Origin: Penicillus capitatus
Taxonomy: Eukaryota > Plantae > Chlorophyta
Reading direction: 5' to 3'
DNA length: 64,000 nt
NCBI GenBank assembly: GCA_965649825.1
Contig: OZ287696.1
Span: 1,274,081-1,338,080, forward strand
Part shown: positions 24,914-39,262 of the stretch, in pieces
Position numbering within the stretch: the first letter of the stretch is position 1
Layout of the letters: every line of letters begins with the position of its first letter
Made by a program: the position numbers and the translations under genes
Notes under the pieces: generated by a model
Databases searched by the model: none
Seen by the model: only the letters and a program-made list of their open reading frames with translations
Told to the model about the DNA's origin: nothing

Positions 24914-27900
24914 ATGGAGGTCTTCTTGCAGTCGGTCGAAGCAGATTTACGTCATTTGTCGACCGAATCACGTAAACCTGAGACCCTGGCGGGTCAGTTG
25001 GCCGGATGGCTTGTCAATTCCGAACATCCCGAAGTGAAAGTCGCAGCGGAGCGTGCGATATTGAAACTGCGTGCCCTGGGGAGGCAGAATCTCACGAAGG
25101 ACGTGTTCAAGAACAGCAAAGTAGAACCACAACGCCAACGGCATCGTCGTCCACTTCTCACAATGACTGACGATGAATGGACAGGAACTGCTTCGGCCGT
25201 TTCTCCTGGCCTGTGAAACGAAGAACGCACGTCTGACCGTTCTGGCCCTTGGCTGTGTGCAGAAGCTTCTGGCAAACGATGCCGTCTCGGAAGACGGAAC
25301 AGTGACCGTCATCACCACTCTCCAACATGTCCCTCCCTCCAACGATCATTGCTCCCACATAACAGAACACACCTAATAGGTAGAAAGGAGCGGAGATGAA
25401 GCGGTCAAGCTCAAAATGTTACAAATTGTGCTGACGCTGGTTCAAGACACATCTTTCACTTCAACAGTGATCTTAGCCACGTACTGACTGAGTCCTGAGT
25501 AGAGGGATGGCTCGTGTAGGCGCATCTCGGCAGTGTCTTGGGCGTCTGTTTTCGAATCTTGGCCCAATCTCGCAATACGGATACGGTACTGAACACGGCA
25601 GCTGCCACGATTCGGCAGGTAGGAAGGTACGTTTCGTGTAAACGACCGCTTGATGTCAACATCACATCATCTGACACACTGTATCGCATTTTAGGTAGTG
25701 GCTGTGATCTTTGAACAGGTGACCATCGAAAAGGACGAGGAAAAGAAGAAAGAGAGTACGAACGAAGCAGCCTTGCTGTTGATGGATGATCTCTGCAATC
25801 TGGCGGCGGGCTCTCCAGCTACCTGGCTCCAGTCTCCAGCCATCCCGCAGCATTTTGCTCTGGAACTTGTGGATTTTGTCATTGCCAATAAGACAGAGAT
25901 TTTTCATTCCCTTGAGGAATTCGCGGCTGTGTTGAGGGATCGAATCTGTCATGTCCTGCAGCAGTTGCTGACAGAAACGTTTGAATTGGATGTCGAGCCG
26001 TTTCGTAGCGGCACCCACAAGTCTACTTTCAAAGTGCTCTCCAGTCTGTTGAGCAAGTTCTATACTCTCATCCCTGGAAAGATTGCTCAAATCTGGCATC
26101 CCTTATGTGCCGGCGCAGCTTCGCATTCGCACCTCTGGCGTCAGATCCTGTGCCTTCAAGTGCTGAAGACGTGTGTGGCGGAACCGAACGAACTTTATTA
26201 CCTCTATGAGATGTATGATCTGGCACGGGACTTTGATATCTTGGCAGTTTCCCGTGTGGTGGATGTGGCCGTCGAGCTGCTTCGCCCGAGAAAACGGAGC
26301 ATTGGTGGCGAAGAGGATCGCAAAATGCCTGCCTTGGCGGATGAGCGCGTCTCCACTCCAGCCTCCAATGCTGCCGAGGAGCACACAGATGAAGGCGTTG
26401 CCTGTTTACTGGCCCTCGAAATCCTTCTCAAAATCACCAATGCCATTCACATGCTCTCAGAGAAATGCATCGAGACACACGCTGCTCAAGGTAATACCGC
26501 TCGTTCTCTAAACACAGCATCGAAGTGGGGATATCGGGTAGGCATTGAAGGCAAGGTGTACCTGAAGCATGTCTGTTGTTCTATGCTGGATCGGTTCTTC
26601 GGATCCTTCTATTCTGTTTTCCAATCGCATCTCTCCTCTGGACACTGCAGCGAAACGGTGGTCTTGATGATTCTCAAGGGCTATCAAGACATTCTGCAGT
26701 CAGCTGCTTCGTTTGAACTCAAAGAGGTCAACGAAAAATTCTTGAAATCTCTCTGTCAATTCGCAATTCCGACGACATCGGGTGATTGCAACGGAGCGTA
26801 TTCAGGTTTGTGTGTGCTGATGTCTGCGTGTGTAGATAACGGAAGCCAGTCTGAGAACCTGACACTCTCTTCGCTCAATGTTCATGCGATCCGGACGCTA
26901 TTGAACGTGGTCCATCAGCTTGGAAATGTACTGGGCGCTTCCTGGACAGCTGTTGTGACGACACTCTACACGCTGGATGGCATTCTGATGCATTCTGTCA
27001 CCAATCAAGAGGCTCGAACGGCGGAGCTCGGCGCGGACACGGAGCTGGCAATCCTCGAAACTTCGCTGAAGCATCTGTTCGATGGGACGTCCAATCTCTC
27101 AACAGAAGCGGTGGTCTGTCTGCTGTCTTCCCTCCGCGATGTCTCGCTCCAGTCGTTGACGGCTGCATCCAGCAAACACAGGCGTCCGTCCTTCTGTCTG
27201 CAGCATATGGTCGGCGTCCTGTTGCGCAATTTGGAACGGGTACATGATCTGTGGGGCATCTTTCTGGCCCACGTCATCGAGGTGATCAGCACAAGTGAGC
27301 CGTCCTCCTGGACCATCGCTATCGATGCATTGGACAGAGCAGTGATCGGAATTCTGGAAGGCTGCCTCAAGACAGAAGACGACGGAGCATTGGAGAACAT
27401 GTTACTGGTGGCATTGGCTTCGCTCTTTTCGGATGCCTGTCATCGTCCCATTCGCATCGGCATTCTCAGAATCGCCCTCCACGTTCTGCAACGCGGCGGA
27501 GAGTCTCTCACGCGTGGATGGGATCCGATGCTGCGTCTGCTGCAGAGTGTTCCCGAAGGCGTCGCCGATGAGGAAGTCATCAACATGGCATTCGACAGCG
27601 TCGAACTGCTGGTCAATGAACATCTGGACCAACTGCCTAGCGACATTCAATCGAAATCCCTTCGGATTGTCTCTTCCTTTGCCAAACAGACAACGGCCAT
27701 GAACGTCAGTCTCACATCGATCAATCTCCTGTGGGCAGCTGTCGATATGTTTGGCAAAGAGGCAAAGCCGCCGCGACAGCTTCAGTCCCAAGGATCCTTT
27801 CCAGGAACGGTCCTTCGTCGTAGTATCTCTTCTGAAGACCCGACGTCTTTGGCCGCTTCGCAGAGCCTGTTCTATCTGATTATCGTTTTGCAGGAGCTCA

Positions 27901-29795
27901 GTGTGGACAAGCGACCAGAAGTGCGGAACAGTGGCATTCGTTCCTTCTTTGCCGCCATGGTGAGCTACGGTTCAAAGTTCTGCCTGGATGATTGGAATCG
28001 ATGTCTCTCCGATGTGCTGCTGCCCCTGCTCAAATCGGTCTACTACATCTCCATGACCTCCAGCAGCGACGAAACGGAGGCCGTGGAGCTCGGAAAAGAA
28101 AAGGGACGCAGCGTCATGATGTTGATGCACTACAGCCGCAATACAGAGAGGAAACAGTGGGAAGAGACAATGGTCTTGGCCCTCAATGGTCTCTGCAAGA
28201 TCTTGCGACTCTATCTGCCTCTACTTCTGAGCCTCAGCGCTTTCTCCCAGGCCTGGGACCAGATCGCTGTCATCTGCAAGAATTCGTTGGCTCAAGGGAC
28301 GAAGGATGCAGCACTGGCCGCCATTGCCCTGATCGTTCAGGTGTCTGAGACATTCGGCACGTCGACAACACAGCTGCCCACGCAGACAATGTCACTGATC
28401 TTGAGATCGTTGGACGAGAGCATCGAACTTGTCACCCATCCAGAGTCCCTCACGCCGGCCATTGTCCGATTCGAACTTGTCAAAGCCATCGGTGCCATTG
28501 CACACAGCACCAAACGCATCTTGCCGGAATCTTCCATGTCGAGAATCATAGAGTGGATTCAGAAATTGGCATGCAAACCGTTCAATACCGAGGAAGCCAC
28601 ACAGAACGTGTCAGACATGCTTCCAATAGTGCAGAAAGAGATGCTGTCGGTGATGGCAAGCTTGCCTGAAGATCCAGATGACCATCTCTGGATGGAGGTG
28701 ACACAAGCGCTGTGTCGTTTTCTCTATCCGGATGCCATGGATTTCGAAGATCCTCTCCGACAGCCAATCTCTCTGCCATCCACTTTCCACCGATCGCCAG
28801 AATCGTCCATGCTGCTCTGGTTGACGCACATCGTCGAGCAGTTGGAGAAGATCTACCTGACGAACATCTCGAAGGACCTCCAGGGGGAGCTCTTTTCAAT
28901 GGTCTTGTCCTCATTGACGCGGTGCATGGCATCCGGATTCGTCCACCACGCTGAGACGCCTGCTCTCTGGATCAAAGCGGCTTCACTGTTCAGATCTGTC
29001 CTGGATGTGGGCCTCACGTCGATGTCCGAAGATTCCAGACACGGATACGACTGGATGTGCAAATGGGAGACGATTGTCAGTTCCTTCGAGGCCGTGTTCA
29101 GTGGCAAGCATGTCAAGATCGAGCATGTGCCTCCTTTGGATCTCTTCTCCAGTGCTGCTGCCTCGGAGTTGAAGCTTTCGCTGCTGGATGTGCTGTCCGA
29201 TGTCATTATGTCTTCCTACCATCGAATGTCGGAAACGACGTTGAGGCGATTGATCGCGCTCATCGATGCCACCATCACGCTGCATGCCGATCAGCACGAA
29301 GATAATGGTCCAGCTGGAAATCTCTGTCATTCATGTCTGCGAAAACTGTTCGTTCTCTGCAGTCATTCCAACGATTTCTCCGTTTCTGTTATCGCCCTGC
29401 CGCTCTTTATCCGTCGATGCAAATCGATTCTGGGCGTTTTTTCCGCAAAGAATGCGGAAACGAGCACGACGCATCTGTCGCTTGTTCGTGTAGGAGAAGT
29501 GGTTTTTGTTCTGGAGATGCTTTCGTCTCTCAGAGTGTCCGCCGCTGTGGCAGAAGCGCTGCTGACTGAGCATCCTGTTTACCAGAAATTCTCTCCTAAT
29601 CGTGGCGGCGGTGGCGGCGGATCTTCATTGAGACGTTCGAATTCAACGGCATCATGGATCGTTTCCATGAGACGTCCGCATCTGTTGATGATCTATGACA
29701 CCCTTTGCGACTGCGTCATGAGCAAAGAGGCGCATGTCCGAGTATTGGTGGGAGAATTGCTCAAATCCGTGGGTCAGGACATTGGATTCATGTAA
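24914..29795 (+). CDS. MON2: MON2 homologue (Arf-GEF-like HEAT scaffold), multi-exon
   Basis: MEVFLQSVEADLRHLSTESRK...EVKVAAERAILKL; LLRPFLLACETKNARL; LSVDKRPEVRNSGIRSFF; HYSRNTERKQWEET; HLLMIYDTLCDCV. Confidence 0.92.
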
Positions 29796-29873
29796 ATCTC
29801 GGAATGCGCCGGTGCGCGTACCGTCATCGCATTTGACGGACCGATCACCATAGGGTCCGTCCGGCGCGACAGG

Positions 29874-31152
29874 ATGAACCCAATTCTGCTCACTCGGCGA
29901 GTCAACGGCGTCCTTCACGGTGACGCCTTCTATGTCGCGCGTCCATTTCTGAGGTGCGTTTCTCTTCTTCCTCGACCCGCACGACCAGCACCGACGACGC
30001 CATCCGGTAGATCTCCCATCGAGAAGCGCTGGATAGCGGTGCGTCCTTCGCGGGTATCCCTCTTCAGCACCTCGATTTCGAGGACTGATGCTTGACATGT
30101 TCCCAGTACTGCCCGAGTCGCAAGCAGCGATGTCTGCGGTGCTCAGCTTCAGAATCGGGTACCACTCCGTCGACCACACAACCAGAGGAGGAATTCTACG
30201 AAGTGATCACACTTGTCACACTTTTGGACACATCTCCGGATGTTCTCTATTCCGCAGGTGATGCTCGAGAAACCATTAGGTATCCGATTCGCCCGCGGTA
30301 ATGACAGTGGTGCCTACGTTGTCGAGAGCGACCCTACTTTGGGCAACACGGACGATCGTATCGAAGTCCTGTCACATCACACCGTCGACCTCTTCGCAGA
30401 CTTTGTGTTCTTGCTCTTGAGATTGGTGACAAGGTGGACAAAGTCTCCGCCACTTTTGGGACAGACGTATGGGATGCCAAGAACTTTGGCCAGATCATCT
30501 ACGCCATTCGCACACGTAATGGCAAAGTCTACCTCAAGTTCAAAAAAATGTACGGCGATATGAGCGCCTTGGAAGAAGAGGACCTGACCGAGGAAGAGAA
30601 GCTGTGGCGTCGGGAGCAGTCCGGAGGCAACGTGGGTTACGGGACGCGACAGATTCAGGAACGGAATTACTTAGATAGCAGGAAGAAAGAAGTGGAACGC
30701 ATGTCACTCTTCGAAGAGGCGCTGTCGAAGTTCCAAGGCGGCGAGATCGAAACGGCGCTGATCGATTTCGAGAATGTCATCGCAACGGAAGCTTCCAAGT
30801 TTATGGGTGACAACTTCTCCCGCATCTCAGATGTTGGCAAATTGGCACAGTACAATGCCGCGTGCTGCTATTCGATGCTCGATCAGATCGATGCAGGACT
30901 GGAGGCACTGGAGGCGGCTTTGAAACAGGGATTTGATGATTATACCAAAGTCCGCACAGATCCGAATCTGGAAAAACTACGAACGTCTGAAAAATTCACA
31001 CCTATGATCAACAAAGTACGCATCCAAAGAATCTCACTCTTTTATTGAGTCCGTGTGCGCTGTCTGCTGTTGTGCAGTTTGATGAGCCGATCTTGAACGA
31101 AAACGCGATGAAAGTGATTCGTGGCATCTTGTCTTTTGGAAAAAAAGATTAA
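29874..31152 (+). CDS. MET1: Thylakoid PDZ+TPR protein MET1/ZKT, multi-exon
   Basis: EKPLGIRFARGNDSGAYV; SATFGTDVWDAKNFGQIIYAIRTRNGKVYLK; YNAACCYS...ALKQGFDDYTKVRTDPNL; last exon FDEPILNENAMKVIRGILSFGKKD*. The start is uncertain. Confidence 0.9.
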
Positions 31153-31175
31153 GACGGATTTGGATTCTTTATGAA

Positions 31176-33549
31176 ATGGACGATTTTTGTCGAAGGTCAT
31201 CGGTGTCGGACAAGGGAGGAAAGGCAAAGAAGTCGCCTCTCGTCCTCGACCTCGGCTACCCACGCGACATCGACGCGCACTATGCCTTCACGCGCGACGC
31301 TCCTCTCGGCAAAGGGGGATTCGGTGTCGTCAAGCGTGTCCGACGCAAAGTATCGAACGAGACGTTTGCGTGCAAAGAGATATCCAAAGCGATGGATCCT
31401 TCTCTCGCCACACCCGAGAGACAGAAACGTCATGTCGAGAACATTCAACGAGAAGTGGCGGTGTTGAAGACACTTAAAGGTTCACTCAATGTTGTGAACC
31501 TGGAGGCTGTCTACGAAAACGATGAGAAAGTCTATATCATTATGGAATGCTGTTTTGGCGGCGAGTTGATTCACACCATTGGGTGTCGCCCATACTCCGA
31601 ACAGACGGTTCAATGAAAAGAGTGATGATGATGATGTGACAGCTGATGTGGGCTGATGCAGGTCGCCAAGATTATGAAAGCTGTCATGCGGACGCTGGCA
31701 CAATGCCACGAGCGTGGAATTTTGCATCGTGATGTAAAGCCTGGAAATTTTATGTTTTCGCGAGAAGATGGGGGATCACACATTAAGGCCATTGATTTTG
31801 GTTTAGCCGTATTTTATACAGAGCAGGAGCTGCCGAGAAGGGATCTGGGATTTGATGGGACACCATGGTTCATGGCCCCAGAGGTACTGTCTTCTCAAGT
31901 GGTCCCGGCATCAGACGTGTGGAGCGCTGGTGTTATGGCCTACCAATTGCTCTCTGGGTTTCTGCCATTCGATGACAAAAAATGTCGAAATGCTCCTGCT
32001 CTTTCAGCTGTTTGGTAAGCGTCTCTTTCATTGCGATGTCTGTCAGGACTGTCGACAGGAAGTCGATACTGACAGACGAGCCAGATTTTAGCCAGCGTTG
32101 GTGGAAGGGTATCTCGAACGAGGCTGTGGACTTCATTAAGCAACTCCTGAACAAGTATAGCGACAGGCGAGATGAAGATTGTGTGCCGATGCTGTGTGGT
32201 ACTATAGGGATCCTACGAAACGGCCGACGGCGCAGGAGGCTCTGTCACACGTATGGATTCAGAGAGGCCCCACGCGGGACTCCATCGATGGAAACCTGCC
32301 GCATACCATTGTCCAACGCATTCAGAGATTTGGTCAGTCGAGTCTATTCAAAAGAACAGTGCTGGACATGATTGCCAACGAACTGTTGCAGTCCTATATC
32401 GAAAAAACGCGCCATGCCGAAAGGTACCCCCTGTACCATCCATCACCCACATCTATGTCATGCAATGGGTACAGGCAACTTCTGCGGAGGTGTGCAGAGA
32501 TGGGTCCTACGAAAGGATTGCCGTCCGGCGGAAGATCCGAGTATGGACAAACTCAAGCTATCGATGTGCTGAAGGGATTTTCCAACATGAGGAGATGGGG
32601 AAGCATGGCCGATATTTCAGCAGCCTCGCCCATGTCGATTGATGACTGGGAAGCTGTGCGAAGGGTCTCTCGATTGGCCCTCGATACCTCGCAGCACGGA
32701 TCTGAGAGAATCAGCAGTCTGAGTCCCTCTTTCTCTCACCCAACGCCGCCATTGGATACGCCCTTCACTCAGGCAGCTATGGAAGAGCACGATTTCGGCT
32801 CACCCCCTCCCAGGGCAATGTCTCTCCAGGCTGTCTTGGAAGACAAAGAGGAACCTATGCCAGATATCTCATCTGATAGGGATACCCGTTATCGAGGCAG
32901 ATCACTGATTAAAGATCTGTTGGAAGCACAGGGAGCAGCATCTTTCGAATCTTCGCCTTCTGCCCCAGATCCGCCGACGCTGCCTAACCATCGAGCACAG
33001 CGCGTCGAGAGCTTTCTCAAATCGATGTTTGGAGTGGAGGATGCCAACGAGACGCGTAAAGTCATGGAGTTCCTCGATTTCGGCGTGTCTTCGAACATTA
33101 CGGAGAAAGCGTTTGTGGAAGGACTGGAGAAGCTTGGATACGATATCGACGAGAGCGAAGTGTCCCACCTGGTCGAGAGTATGGCCCCTGGGAGCAACCA
33201 CGTCAACTTCACACAGTTTGTTGCCAGCCAGATCGACTGGGAATCGTTGCAGCACACGCACAAAGATGCGTGGCTGTCCTGCGTGCGTCATGCTTTTGAG
33301 AGTATTGACAAAGATCAGGACGGTGCTCTCTCGACCGAAGACATCATCAGCGCCATTGCTGGGAAAATCCCGAACAAAGATGATATCGATACGGCCCTTG
33401 AGCAGGCACGAGCTGAAGTGTGTGCTGCTGAGCTGAACATGTCTTTCGAAGATTTTTTGGTCGTGTTGCACGATGATCGATCGTCACGCCCGCTGCAGAA
33501 CTTTGACTCCAGATTTAATGCCCATCCTCTTTCGCCCACTTCACAGTGA
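31176..33549 (+). CDS. Calcium-dependent protein kinase (CDPK-like) with a long insertion before the EF-hand lobe
   Basis: LGKGGFG, FACK, HRDVKPGNF, IDFGLA, GTPWFMAPE; junction IVQRIQRFGQSSLFKR; EF-hand DKDQDGALSTED. Confidence 0.9.
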
Positions 33550-33658
33550 AGTGTGTGACCAAATAACAAAAGGAAGATGTATAGAAGATTTGCAACGGAC
33601 ATGGCACAACGTTTGTAAGCCAGGCAACGAATTCAATGGACCCCTCGCTCTTCTCCAT

Positions 33659-35246
33659 TCATTTCTTTCTGTTGAGAACGAGATCGGACAGATGCAACAG
33701 AGCATCGTGGGCACACTGCGCCTCCTCGTGCATCGGAACTGGAAATTGATGCACCTGGAAGCAACACGAGTCATGATCCTGCTGACGGACAAAGGGTAAA
33801 TGATCATCTCACCATTTTCTGAGCATCTCTCGTGTGCTGGCTTGCCAGTTCTCTCGCTTTCTGAATTCCCGAGCTCTTGTGTATAAGATCGATCGCCTGA
33901 GAGAAGTGGCAGCTGCCGAGAAGCTGAGAATCGCATGTACCTTGTCGATGTCGCCATTCTGTTTGAACTTGCGAACGATGAGCGGTCGGAGTTCTGGGAA
34001 TTCGTTCATGGCAAAGAGCACCTGGTCAACCGAACAGACCATTGCTCAATGGAATGAGCGCACTCTCTTGGCATACCTCCTCACCGGAGCAGTGGAGATG
34101 CCACTGTGGATATCATTCAATGCCGGTTTGCCAAGCTCTCCACTCGTCGATGTGAAATCCAATACATCATCCACAATCTAAACCTCCCTCCACACGTGAC
34201 AATCGCCACCGCCGTGTTATACGCTCTCACTTGGAATGCCATTCCGAGATGGCGGCCGTAATGAAAGACTCTCTCACAGATCTGTGCGCCGCCACCAGCA
34301 CACAGAGTGATCGATTGTCGTGGCACGCAATGAGGGGAGTACTTCTGGTCCGTGGCCTCCCAAAATGGCTGCCGCTTTGGAGCTGTTTGCCATGAGGGAT
34401 GCCGTTTTCTTGAACGTCTTTTCCAAGTAGTATTCCATTCTCACCAAATCCTCATCTGTCGCTGTCATCTAGCATCTCACTCTTTTGCCTATCCAGCGAC
34501 ATTGTGATCACACTATTTACTTGCATGATTTCGCCACTGACAAGGTTTTCCAAGATCTTTGCCATCAGCATGATGACTTCGGGATGACGCAAGGCCGCCA
34601 ATGTCACCGATGCGCGTGCCAGAAGGAAATCTCCGGCCAAAATGGCGAGCTTATTGCCCATTTCTGCGTTTAATGAACTCATCCCGCGTCGCGTTTCGGC
34701 ATTGTCGATCACATCGTCATGCAACAGACTCGTCACATGCATCAACTCGGCAATCTCCGCCAGGCGTTGCTGCCGTCGTCGCTCTTCGCGAATGTACGTC
34801 GACGAATGACGTTCGTCCACTGTAAAGCGATCTGGCGAGAGTGGCGTCGGACTGAGAGCCGTCGCGAGCAAGAGCAGCAGACTCGGACGAAAGCGCTTCC
34901 CTTCGGCTCCAAATTTTAAAAAATAATCGGCCGCGTGAGAGAGCGCCGGGATCTCGGTGACCACACTCAGACGAATACGTTCCGATACCGTCTCCACCTC
35001 GCGACGGACGATTCCGAGTGGGTCTTTAGGATCTGGACCGTCTCCATGCGCTGACTAGAATCTCTTTGGCATCGAGGCGATAGATACCAGCCATTACCTG
35101 AATGCTCGGCACCGAGGCGAAGCCCCACGAGTAGAGTCCTGTAGGCGTGCGTGTGTTCGTTCGTTCGCGGAGTCAGTAGATCGACGCGAACCGTGTGGAA
35201 GAGGGAAGCGACAGAGGAAGGGCTGAACGCGACGACAAAGCGCCAT
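33659..35246 (-). CDS. Trans-long-chain prenyl (solanesyl/decaprenyl) diphosphate synthase, probably mitochondrial (COQ1/SPS3-like)
   Basis: GKRFRP, LLHDDVID...RRG, LAGDFLLARAS, KKTASL, LGMAFQ/IVDDVLD. The spliced N-terminus MALCRRVQPFLCRFPLPHG looks like a presequence. The C-terminus reads LSDLVLNRKK*. Confidence 0.9.
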
Positions 35247-35300
35247 GCCGCTGCGAATGATGCCATCTATGTACGTCGGTGTCATCTTGATGTCCATGCA

Positions 35301-36534
35301 ATGCTCGTGTTCATCGTGGTCTACGCCGTTGTCGTCGCTTCCATCGTGCTGGTGCTCTTGGTTGGAGAATGGCCATTGTTTCGCAAGACACCTGTCTCGT
35401 GGTGCCATTGGTTCGTGACAACAGGCTTCCTGGAATGGAGCCTGTAATAACAAACACCACAGTGCTCACGCTTGGCGGCGAGACTCATGGACCGTCTGCT
35501 TTAGGGCGGGGATAGAGAGATTCTGTGGCAGACGCATTGTGGATAGAGTGATGGAAATTGAACAGATCTGCTGCGAACGGCGCAATCCCATCGTGCAGGT
35601 GAGATGAGGATTCTAGGCATCGCTGATGACGTGCTTGATTACAGATTTTCTATGGTCTGATCTTGGTCATCTGCTACACCGTCTACTACACGTCCCTCTT
35701 TTCACATCTCCCCAGTAAAGGACTGGCGCATTATCACGTGTCCGCGATCGCTTCCGAATTTCCGCTCTAGTGACACATCGCGCCCTCTGTGCAGGTATAC
35801 AGGGACCGTCATGGCGTTGCTGTGCTTGCTGATGTTCGTCGCATGTTCTGTGTCGGATCCGGGAACCGTGACAGCTGATAACGTGGACCGCTACATTGCA
35901 CTGTTTCCGTACGACAATCTCATTTTCCGAGAAGCCCGCTGCGGCACCTGTCACATCACGAAACCAGCTCGATCTAAACACTGCAGCATCTGCAAGAGGT
36001 GCATTTCCTCGATGGCTCTGCCACGGTGACGTGTCTTCTAGGTGTGTTGCTCGCCACGATCATCATTGCATCTGGGTCAATAACTGCGTTGGTAGCAATA
36101 ACCATCGCTATTTCATCCTGTTCCTCCTCGTCAACTTCCTGGCATCGCTCTACGGGACAATCGCTGTGCCTCTCTTTCTCCACGGAGAAATCTCGCACTA
36201 TCTCTATCGCCCTCTGAGAGAACGCGCCACTGGAAAGTTCATCGTCCTGGCACAGCATCCCCGTCGACTGCTGGAACTCGTCGCGCTGCGTTACACATCC
36301 CTCTTCACACTCGGCTGCTGCACTGCCGGCTTCACTCTGCTGCTCCTTGCTTTCCTTGTCTACCATATCTACCTCATCTGCGTTGGCAAGACATCCAACG
36401 AGCTGTTCAAATGGCGCCGACTGCCAAAAGAGAAGAGGGGTCGCGGAAGCAATCGATATAACAAGGGCTGGCGACAGAATTTTATGGAGGTGCTATTTCC
36501 AATAGACGTCAATCGTCACCTGAAGGATCTATAA
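35301..36534 (+). CDS. DHHC protein S-acyltransferase (SWF1/PAT17-like), multi-exon
   Basis: [21 protein letters not shown] / [16 protein letters not shown]; TM helices; C-terminal [17 protein letters not shown] motif; stop TAA at 36532-36534. Confidence 0.92.
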
Positions 36535-37466
36535 TGGGCGCACTGCTTTCGTATTTTGGAAGATATGAGACATATTACGCAAACTACGAAAAAGCTTTTG
36601 CGAAGCTAGAGAAAACGAAAGGAGATGTTCATAAACGCACGGCGTCGCGAACGACGCGTCGGAAGACGCTGTCTCGTACCTTTCTCTACTGTGGCACGCT
36701 ACTGACCCTCTTGGCCGCCATCTACGCATCTTGGGTGAATCTTGATATCGGCAAGATGTCTTTCCAATGCCTCTGTCCCGTCGAATAGGTTTTCCGCCAA
36801 GATGATGCCTTGTTTACATCCAGAGGCCGCATGCTACGGATATCCTTCTTTGTATTGGTTCCTACAGTACTTGCCATGTTGCATCACGGCTTGCTGTGTT
36901 GTTTTGATTTTTTGCATAAATGGGATGAACGGCAATTGGTGAAGGTTGAGAAATCGATGGATGACATGCTGAAAGAACTGAAAGTCACATCAGCTACGCA
37001 TTCAATCGTGCATCTTACTGTATGTCTTTACAGGATCGGAATCGCTACAATAAGATTCAAGAGCTTCTGCAGAGATACGATCCGGAAGAACGACAGAAGA
37101 TGGAACTGCTGAAAACGATCAAGAAAGGACCACCAGCCCCTTCTCTCGAATCTTCGCCCGTCACATCAGAACAGAAGAAAATGTCGATTGGCACCTCGCT
37201 GATGTACGGAGCTGGCAAAATCGTAGACAGTTTGGCAAATAAGATCATTGGTGATCAGCCAGAGCTGATTGCTGAAGTCGAGTACGCGTTACCCGGCCGT
37301 TTCTTAGTGTCTTCCAATGTGGTTGGTATCTGCTAGGAAGCTGCGATCCATGCTGCATGCATTGGAAGAGAAGAACGAAGCTCTGCAGCGCGAGAATGAG
37401 GATTTGAAGTCACAGTGCACTCCTCACCCGCCTTCTGTTAGCAGCGAAACGTCACATCATGAATAA
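36534..37466 (+). CDS. LNP: Lunapark-like ER junction protein, apparently without the Zn ribbon
   Basis: Myristoylation-type start MGALLS, coiled coil, two TM helices, then ELK/DRNRYNKIQELLQRYDP, which matches the Lunapark core. Confidence 0.75.
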
Positions 37467-37496
37467 TCAAGCGGACTGGCGTCGCTGCTGTCCAGA

Positions 37497-37501
37497 TGTA
37501 A
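37497..37501 (+). promoter_or_regulatory. TGTAA, chlorophyte-type polyadenylation signal after the Lunapark-like gene
   Basis: TGTAA lies about 30 nt after the stop codon, within the 80-bp gap before SRP54. Confidence 0.5.
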
Positions 37502-39137
<1,636 letters not shown>

Positions 39138-39228
39138 ACAGAGATCTATCTCCCAATCCCTCGATTCTGTTGACACAACCCTGCCTACTCCATTACGATC
39201 CATTCGACGCATTTTGACGCGTTGTTGC

Positions 39229-39233
39229 TGTAA
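39229..39233 (+). promoter_or_regulatory. TGTAA, putative polyadenylation signal of SRP54
   Basis: Located in the SRP54-SEC13 gap, about 30 nt before the SEC13 ATG. Confidence 0.45.
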
Positions 39234-39262
39234 AAGTGCGTTCTCTGGCCGAGACGGACGTG

